Virus record (IMG/VR): IMGVR_UViG_3300020160_002696
Location: 1-64,000 of that record
DNA from: a virus
DNA length: 64,000 nucleotides
Direction: 5' to 3' (one strand)
The notes under the pieces are model-generated. The model had not been told where the DNA came from. It searched no databases and saw only the letters and a list, made by a program, of their open reading frames with translations. A program made the translations under genes and the position numbers. Positions 21,685 to 31,221 of this stretch are shown piece by piece. The first letter of the stretch is position 1. Each line of letters opens with the position of its first letter.

Positions 21685-21921
21685 TTATTTATCTAAAATT
21701 TTATCTATTTTCTCTGATCTTCTATTTATCTTATTTAATAATTCAAATCTATACTCTGACTTAAAGCCACACCATCTACATTTTTCCACTGGTTTTTTTG
21801 GTGGTTCATTTGTTGGTTTGATAGGTATAGAATATGTATGTGATATATCATTTGACCCACATTCTGGACAATTATTTAATGTTTTATCATATAACATATT
21901 TAAAGGAAAGTTTATTTCCAT
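21685..21921 (-). CDS. Zinc-ribbon protein with C-terminal RxxKI tag
   Basis: CPECG...CRWCG; ends RRSEKIDKILDK. Confidence 0.7.
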   Translation of the reverse strand: MEINFPLNMLYDKTLNNCPECGSNDISHTYSIPIKPTNEPPKKPVEKCRWCGFKSEYRFELLNKINRRSEKIDKILDK

Positions 21922-22046
21922 AACTCTAATATTTTTCTTATTTTAATCATTCTTATCCATCTCTTATCTGGTATTCCTGTAACACCAACAGGTCCACTTG
22001 AACCTGTTGGTCCTAATTTTATACTATATTTTATTTTAGTGTTCAT
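21912..22046 (-). CDS. 44-aa peptide: collagen-like snippet + RxxKI tag (not in ORF track)
   Basis: MNTKIKYSIKLGPTGSSGPVGVTGIPDKRWIRMIKIRKILELWK; overlaps both neighbours. Confidence 0.6.
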   Translation of the reverse strand: MNTKIKYSIKLGPTGSSGPVGVTGIPDKRWIRMIKIRKILELWK

Positions 22047-23733
22047 ATTCTACTTCTTCTATATAAGAAAATACCTCTTTGTTTATTTTTATTATTCTAT
22101 CAAACATTTCTTGGTTCAAAATAGCATGATGTACAACAAATATATTGATGTTATAGTCATTTGCAAATGATTTAAGAAGCAATAATATAGAATCTATACC
22201 TTCTATGTCAATTGATGAAAATACTTCATCTAAGAACAAAATATTGATATGTTTTTTAGTTCTGATTAATTTTAAGTAAGCAATCAAAATAGCAATATTT
22301 ACTTTTTTAGATTCTCCGGTACTTAATGAATCATGTTCTACAACAGATCCAAGATTTTTAATCTCTGAACTAAATGTCTCATCTAATTTCACTTCAAATG
22401 GTAAACCCATTTTCTTAATATTCTCTGCTATAAAGTGATTAATTGGTTTAATAATACCTGCAATAATTGATTTCTTGGCACCATCTTCACTTAAAACTCT
22501 ATTAAGTTCTTTGTAAAACAATTCTTTCTCTTTACAAACTCCAGCATTATCATGACTTATAGTTTTTCTCTCTTCTAAGTCATCAATAGTATTTTGAAAC
22601 TCTTGTGTATTTACAGATTCATTTACTTGTGAACCTTTCTTTCTACTTAAATTATCAATCTGTGTTTTATAGTTTTTAAGAAGATAACTTAAATCATTGA
22701 ATGATTTTGTTGTTCCTTCTGCAATCTCTTTTAATTTAGTCTGTTTTGCTCTTATAGAAGTTATATTGTTTTGTATCTCAACTAAGATACCTTCATGTGA
22801 GTTCTTTTTCTCAACTAAAGAGTTTCTTAATGTAACAAAATGTTCTGATAAGAAATCTGTTGAACAAGTTGGACATTTACCAGAATCATAAAGGTCAATT
22901 TCTCTTTGTACATTTCTAATGTCATTTTGAGTAGAACTTAGTTGTCTTTTCTCAATATCTAACTCATCTGAAAGTATTGTTTCTTTTTCTTTAATTTTAT
23001 CAACCTTTTCTTTAAGAAGCTTATAGTCATCTTTTTTAGAGTTCATTTCATCTGTAAGAGTATCAATTTCTTGTTGTAAATTTTCTTTCTCTTTTTCAAT
23101 TGCTTTTTCAATAGATCTTTTAATAGAATCAATAGAGTCTTCTAATGTTCTTATCTCTGAATCTAAAGAAGCTAATCTTATTTTATTGTTTTTATTTATA
23201 TCTTTAAGAATACCATTAAGAATATTAATTACCTCTAAGTTAAATAACTTATCTAACAATAATTGTTTTTCTTCATTTGTTAATGATATAAAGTTTTTAA
23301 AGTCATTGATAGACATAGATATAAATGATTTGAATGTTTCAATATCTAATCCAATATACTTTTCAATTTTATCATCAATATTTGCTTTACCTGCTCTTTC
23401 ATTAGGTACTCCATTTTCAATAAGGTTTAGAACACTTGGTCCAATACCTCTTTGTATTTCAACATCTGTTCCATTAGCAACAAATTTTATTCTATTCAAT
23501 AATTCACCATTGATTCTGTTTGGCAAGGAAGATAATTTATGCCATTTTTTTGCTTTACCTGACTTTACTTTTCCATAAAGTGAGTATTCAAAGGATTCAA
23601 GTAATGAAGATTTACCATTACCATTGTTTCCTACAAGAAGAACTAACTCTCCTTTTTCTGTATTTAATTTTAATACTTGTTCATTATTACCAAAAGATTT
23701 ATAACCTCTAATTCCTATTTCACTTATTAACAT
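22036..23733 (-). CDS. Recombination exonuclease ATPase subunit (T4 gp46 / SbcC / Rad50-like)
   Basis: Walker A GNNGNGKS, coiled coil, CPTC zinc hook, LSTGE signature, FLDE Walker B. Confidence 0.92.
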   Translation of the reverse strand: MLISEIGIRGYKSFGNNEQVLKLNTEKGELVLLVGNNGNGKSSLLESFEYSLYGKVKSGKAKKWHKLSSLPNRINGELLNRIKFVANGTDVEIQRGIGPSVLNLIENGVPNERAGKANIDDKIEKYIGLDIETFKSFISMSINDFKNFISLTNEEKQLLLDKLFNLEVINILNGILKDINKNNKIRLASLDSEIRTLEDSIDSIKRSIEKAIEKEKENLQQEIDTLTDEMNSKKDDYKLLKEKVDKIKEKETILSDELDIEKRQLSSTQNDIRNVQREIDLYDSGKCPTCSTDFLSEHFVTLRNSLVEKKNSHEGILVEIQNNITSIRAKQTKLKEIAEGTTKSFNDLSYLLKNYKTQIDNLSRKKGSQVNESVNTQEFQNTIDDLEERKTISHDNAGVCKEKELFYKELNRVLSEDGAKKSIIAGIIKPINHFIAENIKKMGLPFEVKLDETFSSEIKNLGSVVEHDSLSTGESKKVNIAILIAYLKLIRTKKHINILFLDEVFSSIDIEGIDSILLLLKSFANDYNINIFVVHHAILNQEMFDRIIKINKEVFSYIEEVEYEH

Positions 23734-23764
23734 TTATTAGTTTGACTTTTTCTTTTTATATAAA

Positions 23765-23788
23765 AAAAGTCAACCTAAGTTGACTTTT
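23765..23788. terminator. Intrinsic terminator hairpin
   Basis: aaaagtcaac-ctaa-gttgactttt. Confidence 0.65.
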
Positions 23789-24080
23789 ATTCTTCTGCTT
23801 CTCCAAAGTAATAATCTAAATCTATTTCATCTAAAGTATTTATAATTTCATTGTAAGGCACTAGCTTTTCTACTATTTCTAAAACTAATTTGTTATAACC
23901 TTTCCAGTTTTCAATTGAACATCCAAGAATTTCTTCCAATGTTTCATCTACTGTTAAGGTAACAAATTGATTCTTATAGTAAAAAGTGGCCTCATAGTAT
24001 TCATCTTCATAATTCAATGATAGAATTACTAATACACCATCTTCTATTTTACCTAAATATTCAATTATATCAAATTTCAT
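23787..24080 (-). CDS. Hypothetical acidic protein
   Basis: Operon ORF. Confidence 0.65.
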   Translation of the reverse strand: MKFDIIEYLGKIEDGVLVILSLNYEDEYYEATFYYKNQFVTLTVDETLEEILGCSIENWKGYNKLVLEIVEKLVPYNEIINTLDEIDLDYYFGEAEE

Positions 24081-24304
24081 TATCCTAAAATAGTTTCAAT
24101 TTTTTCATCTCTTTCTTCTTGAGATAAATTTTTTAAAAATCCACCTCTTATTAAAGTATTCATAATACTTATAGCTTGTTTTGTTCTACCATCAACATAT
24201 GAACTCATCATATCTCTATAATAGTCATGTATATTTCTTCTCTCATCTTCTGTTTTCAGACTTGATACTTTATCAAGATCCAAATAATAATCTTCTAACT
24301 TCAT
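24080..24304 (-). CDS. Hypothetical protein with C-terminal RxxKI tag
   Basis: Start MKLEDYY; ends EERDEKIETILG. Confidence 0.7.
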   Translation of the reverse strand: MKLEDYYLDLDKVSSLKTEDERRNIHDYYRDMMSSYVDGRTKQAISIMNTLIRGGFLKNLSQEERDEKIETILG

Positions 24305-24311
24305 TTTATAA

Positions 24312-24581
24312 TTATATTTTTTCTCCAACAACAAATTCCAATTTATGAAATTTATTATCAGTTCCAGTAAATACAATTTGAATTTTGTCAACATCAACAA
24401 ATTCTTTTGCCATACCAGTTACTTCATTAATCATAACATCTTTTTTATAGACAACATCAATTGATGGTTCTTCTCCTAAAAATCTACGCATATCTTCTAA
24501 TATCTTTGATATTTTCCAATCATCATTTTTGAAATCTATATTAGACATATATTGTCTAATTGAGTGTTCTTTTAAATCCAT
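24312..24581 (-). CDS. Hypothetical protein
   Basis: Operon ORF. Confidence 0.65.
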   Translation of the reverse strand: MDLKEHSIRQYMSNIDFKNDDWKISKILEDMRRFLGEEPSIDVVYKKDVMINEVTGMAKEFVDVDKIQIVFTGTDNKFHKLEFVVGEKI

Positions 24582-24597
24582 TTTTATATTTTATTTT

Positions 24598-24930
24598 TTA
24601 AAAACTACCTTTATCTAAGTAGTATGTATTGTTGTTTGTTATTAGTTCAAAGTTATCATGTAATGTTTGACAGCGTTCTTGGAATGATAATAAGTCTTCG
24701 TCAGTTAAATTAAACCATTCACCTCTTACTTTTTTGTTTTTAAAGGCTCTATGTAAACTTGCTTCTATCTTTGTTCCCCACTTTGACCTAAAAGAGTCTA
24801 TTATATAAAATTCTGATGCATTACCAGTCTTGAACTCTTTAATTCTTTCATCTATACTTCTTTTTGTGTAACCTATTTTGTGTAGTTTCATACCATTAAT
24901 TTCAGAACACACTAAGTAAATATTTATCAT
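24598..24930 (-). CDS. GIY-YIG / T5orf172-like nuclease domain protein
   Basis: IYLV...KIGYT...ERIKEFKTGN...IEASLH...RGEWF. Confidence 0.8.
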   Translation of the reverse strand: MINIYLVCSEINGMKLHKIGYTKRSIDERIKEFKTGNASEFYIIDSFRSKWGTKIEASLHRAFKNKKVRGEWFNLTDEDLLSFQERCQTLHDNFELITNNNTYYLDKGSF

Positions 24931-24943
24931 AAGGTATATATTA

Positions 24944-25336
24944 CTACCTCATGACCCTCTTTTTAGTTTTCTTTATAGGTTTTCTATATATCTCTATTAA
25001 TCCATTTGAATATTCAATTCTCTCATAAAAATATTTAATTGATACTAAATTATGTTTTCTAACTATCTCTAATCTACCAATCACTTTAGCATCTTTTATA
25101 TTTACTATGTAAGGTCCATTCTTTAATTTTCTATAGTTTCTCAAAACAGTATCACAAACTTCTCTTCTTATAAGAGGTCTTGATTTATAATTAGAATAAA
25201 CTACCATTGAATCAGAACCTCTGACATTACTTATACTTTCCATTCCATCATAACCATGGTTATAATATTCAACTTTTTTCTGTGAATAAACAAATGTTGT
25301 TATAAACAAAAATAATAATATACTAATCTTTCTCAT
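24944..25336 (-). CDS. Secreted protein with Bacteroidota-style signal peptide
   Basis: MRKISILLFLFITTFVYSQ N-terminus. Confidence 0.65.
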   Translation of the reverse strand: MRKISILLFLFITTFVYSQKKVEYYNHGYDGMESISNVRGSDSMVVYSNYKSRPLIRREVCDTVLRNYRKLKNGPYIVNIKDAKVIGRLEIVRKHNLVSIKYFYERIEYSNGLIEIYRKPIKKTKKRVMR

Positions 25337-25493
25337 ATATGGAAACTCCAGGACTAATAAATATAGATTCATTCTTAGGTGGTAAACCTAATATTCTTCT
25401 TATTTTAATTTTACGTAAATTATTCTTAGGTATTCTGATGTATGTATTGTCAGAATAAGTGGTATAAACACCAGGTTTCATATAGACTGACAT
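25323..25493 (-). CDS. 56-aa peptide: tail-sheath N-terminal-like motifs flanking an RxxKI tag (not in ORF track)
   Basis: MSVYMKPGVYTTYSDNTYIRIPKNNLRKIKIRRILGLPPKNESIFISPGVSIYEKD; start overlaps the upstream stop. Confidence 0.6.
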   Translation of the reverse strand: MSVYMKPGVYTTYSDNTYIRIPKNNLRKIKIRRILGLPPKNESIFISPGVSIYEKD

Positions 25494-25948
25494 TATATTG
25501 TAGTTGAATTTGTTGCACCATAAACAAAATCCATATAGAATAGGTGACCACTTGGACCACTTGGTTTAATATAATCAGGATGATCCTCAGTCTTCATTTC
25601 CTCAAAATCTTTACCTTCAACAAGAGCATCAATTTTTCTATCTCTATTTTCTATCTTAACTTCTTGTTTGATTTTCTTCATTTCATCACCAGAATTACCA
25701 CCACCTATTGGTGCTACTGATACTAAATCTTGTCCTATTGTTTGAGCAGCAACTCTCATTGCAATTGGTAGTAAACTACCATAATCAGGTTGTGAAGTTA
25801 TTATACTATCTGGTGCAGTAACTATTTCATTAGTGGCATGTAGTTCAGCATATTGTGACATCCACTCTTTTTTATCTTCTGAGATTTTCATACTATTAAG
25901 TACTGAATCCCATTTCTTTAGTGTTTCTTCTTTGTTTAATTTTTCCAT
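25493..25948 (-). CDS. Truncated T4 gp23-like major capsid protein paralog with inserted RxxKI segment
   Basis: KEETLKKWDSVL...LLPIAMRVAAQTIGQDLVSVAPI[insert]PSGHLFYMDFVYG vs gp23 KAELLNKWKPLL...VRRAIPNLIAFDICGVQPMNSPTGQVFALRAVYG. Confidence 0.7.
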   Translation of the reverse strand: MEKLNKEETLKKWDSVLNSMKISEDKKEWMSQYAELHATNEIVTAPDSIITSQPDYGSLLPIAMRVAAQTIGQDLVSVAPIGGGNSGDEMKKIKQEVKIENRDRKIDALVEGKDFEEMKTEDHPDYIKPSGPSGHLFYMDFVYGATNSTTI

Positions 25949-25952
25949 AAAA

Positions 25953-25980
25953 AAAGTTTTCTATTTATATAGAAAACTTT
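25953..25980. repeat. Inverted repeat (possible terminator) containing TATAAATA on the minus strand
   Basis: aaagttttctat-ttat-atagaaaacttt. Confidence 0.5.
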
Positions 25981-25989
25981 ATAATATGT

Positions 25990-26379
25990 TTATTCTAAAC
26001 CATATTCTGATTTTATCTCATCAAATAATTCTGAGTAATCATCATCACTCATATCTTTATCATAAGTACTTTTATACCAGCTAATCATTTCTCCAATAAC
26101 AACATCTTGTGCTTCACCATTATTGTGGTCAATATACCAATCATATTCTGAATCATAATCTTCTTCCCAATCAGGATCTACCCATTCCATAATTTCAAGA
26201 TCATATCTAGAAGCAACTTCATTATCAGAATATTCTTCTTTTATTCTTGTAATTGCCAAATCTAAGTCAAATTGACCTGTAGATGTTTCTTGTTTAGTAT
26301 CATCTTTGTCATCAAATCCTAATACTGGGTTAATGTTTTCATCATCACTGATGTCTTCAAATGTTTTTATGTATTTCAT
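25990..26379 (-). CDS. Acidic protein with capsid-targeting-like leader (MKYIKTFED)
   Basis: Shared N-terminal motif. Confidence 0.65.
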   Translation of the reverse strand: MKYIKTFEDISDDENINPVLGFDDKDDTKQETSTGQFDLDLAITRIKEEYSDNEVASRYDLEIMEWVDPDWEEDYDSEYDWYIDHNNGEAQDVVIGEMISWYKSTYDKDMSDDDYSELFDEIKSEYGLE

Positions 26380-26386
26380 AGTATTT

Positions 26387-26866
26387 TTATTTATGTTTTC
26401 CTTCTAATATCATTATATCAAACTCACTATCTTTCATAGCAAGTGCAAATGTGTGTCCTAATTGTTCTACTTTATGTTGAACATCTTGTGCAACCTCCAT
26501 AAACCCATAAGTCTTGGAAGTAGGTATTCCAAATGCTCTTCCATTTCTTTGTTGGTCAGCAGTCAATATATCATATGTTTCTCTAAATCTTATTATATAA
26601 CCTTTGTAATAACCTTTTATATCTTTAATATTACCTGCTGCAGTTCTATCTTCATGTTCTTGATATAAATCATCAAAACTTTTATCAGATGTTCTAACTG
26701 CATATAAATCTCCACTCTCATCTTCTAAATTCCAACGTCTTTGTAAATGATAGTTTATTGTATAAGTAAGATTATGGTCTCCAAACTCAGTTAGTAAAAA
26801 TCTTAGTTTATCTTCATCTTCAAATATATCATTTGATAAACTCTCTGTAAACTTTCTCATTCTCAT
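26387..26866 (-). CDS. Protein with capsid-targeting-like leader (MRMRKFTES)
   Basis: Shared N-terminal motif. Confidence 0.65.
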   Translation of the reverse strand: MRMRKFTESLSNDIFEDEDKLRFLLTEFGDHNLTYTINYHLQRRWNLEDESGDLYAVRTSDKSFDDLYQEHEDRTAAGNIKDIKGYYKGYIIRFRETYDILTADQQRNGRAFGIPTSKTYGFMEVAQDVQHKVEQLGHTFALAMKDSEFDIMILEGKHK

Positions 26867-27825
26867 TATTTCAATTTTATATGTATATTTAACCAGAATG
26901 ATTGGGCTTTAACACTTATTAAAACTTTATCAGACCATTTTTTACTTAATATCCAGTTACTAAAGTTACCTTTAATATTAAATAATTCTCCTTCATCTAA
27001 TTTACCATTATCCCATTTACCAATACCATAATAACCAAATGATAAAACTTTATCAACTAATGTTGGTTTTGACCTTTGTTCATGATAACCTGGTGTAAAA
27101 TCTTTCATATCTGTTTTTATCTTACCTAATAAAAGAATATCTTGATATGATAAATTAACTAACTCTTTTTTCAAAGAAGCTGCAGATTTTAAGTCTAATT
27201 GAACAATCCATTTAATTACAGATTGTGATAATTTGAATTGACCAATTGGTAATGATTCTTCATAAGAAATACCATACTCAAATTTACCATCACATTTAAT
27301 ACCAAAGTATAAATCAACTTCATTTTTTGCATAGTCAATCATCTCTACATATTTAGATAAAGATTTGAATCTACTAAATACTATCTTAACATCATCAGAA
27401 ATCAATTTTGGATAGTGATAGAACAACAAAAACTCATCAGGTGACTTATCTAATGTTGGTTGTCCATTCTTCTGTCCTAAGGCAGTTAATGCTTTCAAAA
27501 AAGAATTAAATATACCTTTTCCTGCTAATGTAATTTCAGATTCTAAAAGGTCTTCAACTTCTGTAGAAGCAGATACTTTAGCTTCTGGATGTTCTTGTAA
27601 ACCATTTTGTTGATAATCTTCAATTTGTTTCTTTATATCAGCTTGTTCTCTTGAATCTAATAGGTTAATAGCATTTGATAGTTTAATATCAGGTGTTATT
27701 TCACCTAAAAATCTATTTACTATATTTTTAATGTATTCATCATCATATAATGATTCAACCCATTCTCCTATAGAGTTGAAGTCTTCTTTACTTTCTTTGA
27801 TGAATTCTAAATATTTCTTTATCAT
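26866..27825 (-). CDS. Protein with capsid-targeting-like leader (MIKKYLEFIKES)
   Basis: Shared motif; TAATATATA at 27830-27838. Confidence 0.65.
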   Translation of the reverse strand: MIKKYLEFIKESKEDFNSIGEWVESLYDDEYIKNIVNRFLGEITPDIKLSNAINLLDSREQADIKKQIEDYQQNGLQEHPEAKVSASTEVEDLLESEITLAGKGIFNSFLKALTALGQKNGQPTLDKSPDEFLLFYHYPKLISDDVKIVFSRFKSLSKYVEMIDYAKNEVDLYFGIKCDGKFEYGISYEESLPIGQFKLSQSVIKWIVQLDLKSAASLKKELVNLSYQDILLLGKIKTDMKDFTPGYHEQRSKPTLVDKVLSFGYYGIGKWDNGKLDEGELFNIKGNFSNWILSKKWSDKVLISVKAQSFWLNIHIKLK

Positions 27826-27880
27826 AGTCTATATATTAAATTATATGATTACTTTTTTACTTTGGTTGTGTACATGTATT

Positions 27881-28033
27881 TCAAACATTATTTATTAAAT
27901 CTAATTGTTCTTGAGTTAATACTTCCATATTACAAGTAGTAATAAAAATACTAAGATCTTGTGGATTATTAATTATTGAATTAAATTCATCTTCATTTAA
28001 TCCTTGAATTTCTAAAAATTGATTTTCTTCCAT
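27881..28033 (-). CDS. 50-aa acidic peptide (not in ORF track)
   Basis: MEENQFLEIQGLNEDEFNSIINNPQDLSIFITTCNMEVLTQEQLDLINNV; start overlaps the upstream stop. Confidence 0.5.
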   Translation of the reverse strand: MEENQFLEIQGLNEDEFNSIINNPQDLSIFITTCNMEVLTQEQLDLINNV

Positions 28034-29394
28034 TAGCTTATATTTATTTTGAATCTTCCACTATAAGTAACACCTGCAATTGTTGAGAATGTATATGAAC
28101 TAATTTTCAAGTTTTGTGTTGTACTTAAAGTTAAATCTTGTAAAGTTATTGTTGTTGATGCATTGGCAAATCTACCAAATGTAGATAATAGTGATATATT
28201 TGCGGATGATCCTATACCAATTACATCAAAATCAATAGATGATCTTTGAGTTGTATCACCATATAATGAATATGAACTTGTTCCAACTCTAGTAAGAATT
28301 GGTGTAGTAGTTTTTATGGTATCTGTTTTGATTTTAAAATTGACTGGATTTCTTAATTCTGTATAACAAAATCTACCATCAGGTAAACTAATACCAGTAG
28401 TTCTTAAATCTAATGTGAATGAATCAGTTAAATTAAATTGTTCACTTACCACCATCATATCAGGTGTAAAAACTATAGAATTTTCTGTAGTTGTAATAGG
28501 TAGTTCAACTATAAAACCCTGAAATACACCAAGTACACCAAGTGTTGATGTTGAGGTTGTGTTTGTATTTGGTGAGTATTGATTACTATAAAAATAACTA
28601 CCACCAACGGATCCATTTGTTCTTAACCATTCATACATTATCCCAGTTAAAAATGAATTAGCACTCATAAATTTATTCATATCTATTGGAGCAGAATAAG
28701 GATTTGATATAAGTATATATGAAAGTGAATTAATTGAATTTTTCTCAAAAGGTATTCTTATAACACCAGAATTGAGCTTTCCAGTAACACTAACATTATT
28801 TGTAGTTATAGTCCAAGGTGCAGGTGTTAGTGAGAATGTATTTGGTGTTCTGATTAAAAATCCAGTTCCAGGTATAAATATACTTGCTGCAACATTAACA
28901 CCCACATTGGTGGCATTAAAGTAGTAAAATTCAGAATGTAAATTTGAAAGAGGATTATATACATAAAATCTATTACTTAATGTTCCAGTTGATAGTGATT
29001 GTGTAGTTTTACCACCTATTGGATCACCCAATTGTCTATAATCTAATCTAGCTACATTAAAAGGTAAAGTTCTTGATATAGTAAGTTTAACACTTGTTGT
29101 ATCAACATTAGGATTATATAAAGCCAATGCTCCATTACTGGATATGTTAAAAGTTACCCCAGAGGCAGCCTGTGTTATGTTTCTATTTACTCTAATATAT
29201 GTATTTGTTGATATTGTAATTGTTCCACTATCTAAAAATAAATCTAAACAACTTATACTACCATGAGTAGCTGTTGTATATGTACCAGCTATTCTTGCTA
29301 TCATATTTACATTTGGAGTACCATTATTCCAAGAAGAACCATTCCAAGTTGTTGTAGTTCCAAATCCCAATGTAGATGGAGTAATATTTCTCAT
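28033..29394 (-). CDS. Beta-rich protein resembling Flavobacterium T9SS-cargo surface proteins
   Basis: TTTWNGSSWNNGTP, ISCLDL, PGTGFLIRTP, ISNPYSAPIDMNKF, FQGFIVE. Confidence 0.55.
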   Translation of the reverse strand: MRNITPSTLGFGTTTTWNGSSWNNGTPNVNMIARIAGTYTTATHGSISCLDLFLDSGTITISTNTYIRVNRNITQAASGVTFNISSNGALALYNPNVDTTSVKLTISRTLPFNVARLDYRQLGDPIGGKTTQSLSTGTLSNRFYVYNPLSNLHSEFYYFNATNVGVNVAASIFIPGTGFLIRTPNTFSLTPAPWTITTNNVSVTGKLNSGVIRIPFEKNSINSLSYILISNPYSAPIDMNKFMSANSFLTGIMYEWLRTNGSVGGSYFYSNQYSPNTNTTSTSTLGVLGVFQGFIVELPITTTENSIVFTPDMMVVSEQFNLTDSFTLDLRTTGISLPDGRFCYTELRNPVNFKIKTDTIKTTTPILTRVGTSSYSLYGDTTQRSSIDFDVIGIGSSANISLLSTFGRFANASTTITLQDLTLSTTQNLKISSYTFSTIAGVTYSGRFKINIS

Positions 29395-31148
29395 TATGCA
29401 AATTTTAATTTTCCACTTACTATAACTTCTGGACTAGATGCAGAATAAACTAATATATCTGCTAGTGAGTTAGCTCCATATGTAGTAGCAACAACATCAC
29501 TTGTTGTACTAATAACTACACCTGATCCAACCACAGTTATTTGTCCTGATGACTTTTGTAATAATGTAATTGATGTTCCTTCTACAAATGTTAAAGATGA
29601 GGTTAGTAGTAGGTTTATACTAGCAGTACCAGTATAAACTAATGTCTTTAAAAAATCATTATCTGTCACTGTGTAAGTTCCTGAAATAATACTTGAAGTT
29701 ATGTTACTAAAAGAGTAATATTGACTTCCAGTTGGACCTTGACTTCCAGTTGGACCTTGACTTCCAGTTGGACCTTGACTTCCAGTTGGACCTTGACTTC
29801 CAGTTGGACCAATATCACCAGGTACACCAACTGCCCCGGATAAGTTAATTTGCCAATTAGAGTATGTTTGACCTGACAATCCATTATCCTCTGTACATGT
29901 AACACTCATTGTTCCAGTCAATGGAAAGTAACTATTAATAATAGCATGAAAATGGTCAGTTGGATTATCATTAGGTGATACTATTATAGTTTGTGATGGT
30001 GTATATGCTAATGATGTACCAACTAAAAAATCTCTCTCAAATCCAATTTCTGGTATAGTAAAAGTATCTGATGAAGTAGTTGAGTATCTATCACCATCAG
30101 CACCAGTAGGACCTTGTGGACCATCAGTACCAGTAGGACCTTGTGGACCAGTAGTACCTTGTGGACCAGTAGGACCATCAGCACCAGTAGGACCTTGTGG
30201 ACCATCAGTACCAGTAGGACCTTGTGGACCATCAGCACCAGTAAGACCTTGTGGACCAGTAGGACCTTGTGGACCAGTAGGACCTTGTGGACCAGTTGCA
30301 CCAATAAAAACACTATTATTTATTAATAAAGTATCTTGATTACTGGATAAAATTAAAGGAGATGCAGTTGTACCTAAATTAATATTACTTACAACTAATG
30401 ATTCACCATCAGTTGATAAAGGAACACCACCAATATAAATTGTTTGTCCTGAAACATGTAAACTTTTCCATTGTGATGCACTTGTTCCTAAGTTGTATAT
30501 ACTATCTTGAGATGGTATAATATCAGTTATAATATTGGTAAATCTAGATTCTACATAATTTATGATATAATTTTGTACATTTTTATCAATTAACAAAGGA
30601 ACTTTTTGAGTTAAAATATCTATTTGCTCTCTTAATTTAATTAATGATAATTTTGACTCATTTGAAGTAGAAAACTCTAAAGTAATTATTCTATTACTCT
30701 TTAGATTTATTTTTAATAAATTACCAGATACATTAGTATTATTAATAGTAAATGGATCAATAGTATATTTTACAACTAAATCTATACCAAGTATTTTAAT
30801 ATTTCTATCTGATTGTGCTAAAGGTCTTAAAAAAGTATCATAACTATAAGGAGCAGTTGTATAACCAACTACAGGTTGTGAATTGTCAATATAATCATTT
30901 GTTTGTAACAATGTTGATATTTGTTCAAGTAATATAGATTTTGCTAAAATAGGCTCATCAGTATTGATAAAGTCTAATTTAATTTCTTTACTACTTTTTA
31001 AGATAATTCTAAGTAAATTAACTTCGTCTATAACATCAGTTATAAATGTTGGTTTAACAGTATAAGTTAAACTACCAGTATTATCATAAAATTTAATGTT
31101 TTTATCAGAACCAATTGGCTTTAAGAAACTATTACTACTATAACTCAT
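29394..31148 (-). CDS. Collagen-like fibre protein
   Basis: (GPQ/GPT/GAD)n and (GSQGPT)n repeats; duplicated N-terminal domain. Confidence 0.8.
   Translation of the reverse strand: MSYSSNSFLKPIGSDKNIKFYDNTGSLTYTVKPTFITDVIDEVNLLRIILKSSKEIKLDFINTDEPILAKSILLEQISTLLQTNDYIDNSQPVVGYTTAPYSYDTFLRPLAQSDRNIKILGIDLVVKYTIDPFTINNTNVSGNLLKINLKSNRIITLEFSTSNESKLSLIKLREQIDILTQKVPLLIDKNVQNYIINYVESRFTNIITDIIPSQDSIYNLGTSASQWKSLHVSGQTIYIGGVPLSTDGESLVVSNINLGTTASPLILSSNQDTLLINNSVFIGATGPQGPTGPQGPTGPQGLTGADGPQGPTGTDGPQGPTGADGPTGPQGTTGPQGPTGTDGPQGPTGADGDRYSTTSSDTFTIPEIGFERDFLVGTSLAYTPSQTIIVSPNDNPTDHFHAIINSYFPLTGTMSVTCTEDNGLSGQTYSNWQINLSGAVGVPGDIGPTGSQGPTGSQGPTGSQGPTGSQGPTGSQYYSFSNITSSIISGTYTVTDNDFLKTLVYTGTASINLLLTSSLTFVEGTSITLLQKSSGQITVVGSGVVISTTSDVVATTYGANSLADILVYSASSPEVIVSGKLKFA
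29721..29810. repeat. Five perfect 18-bp tandem repeats (coding GPTGSQ)
   Basis: ttgacttccagttggacc x5. Confidence 0.9.
30092..30302. repeat. Imperfect 9/18/27-bp collagen-coding repeats
   Basis: accagtaggaccttgtgg(accatcag) units. Confidence 0.85.
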
Positions 31149-31221
31149 TATCTATAAATATTTTTATTAAAGTATATATAAAAAATTATAAGTCAAATTA
31201 TAAGTCAATCTGATAGTATGT

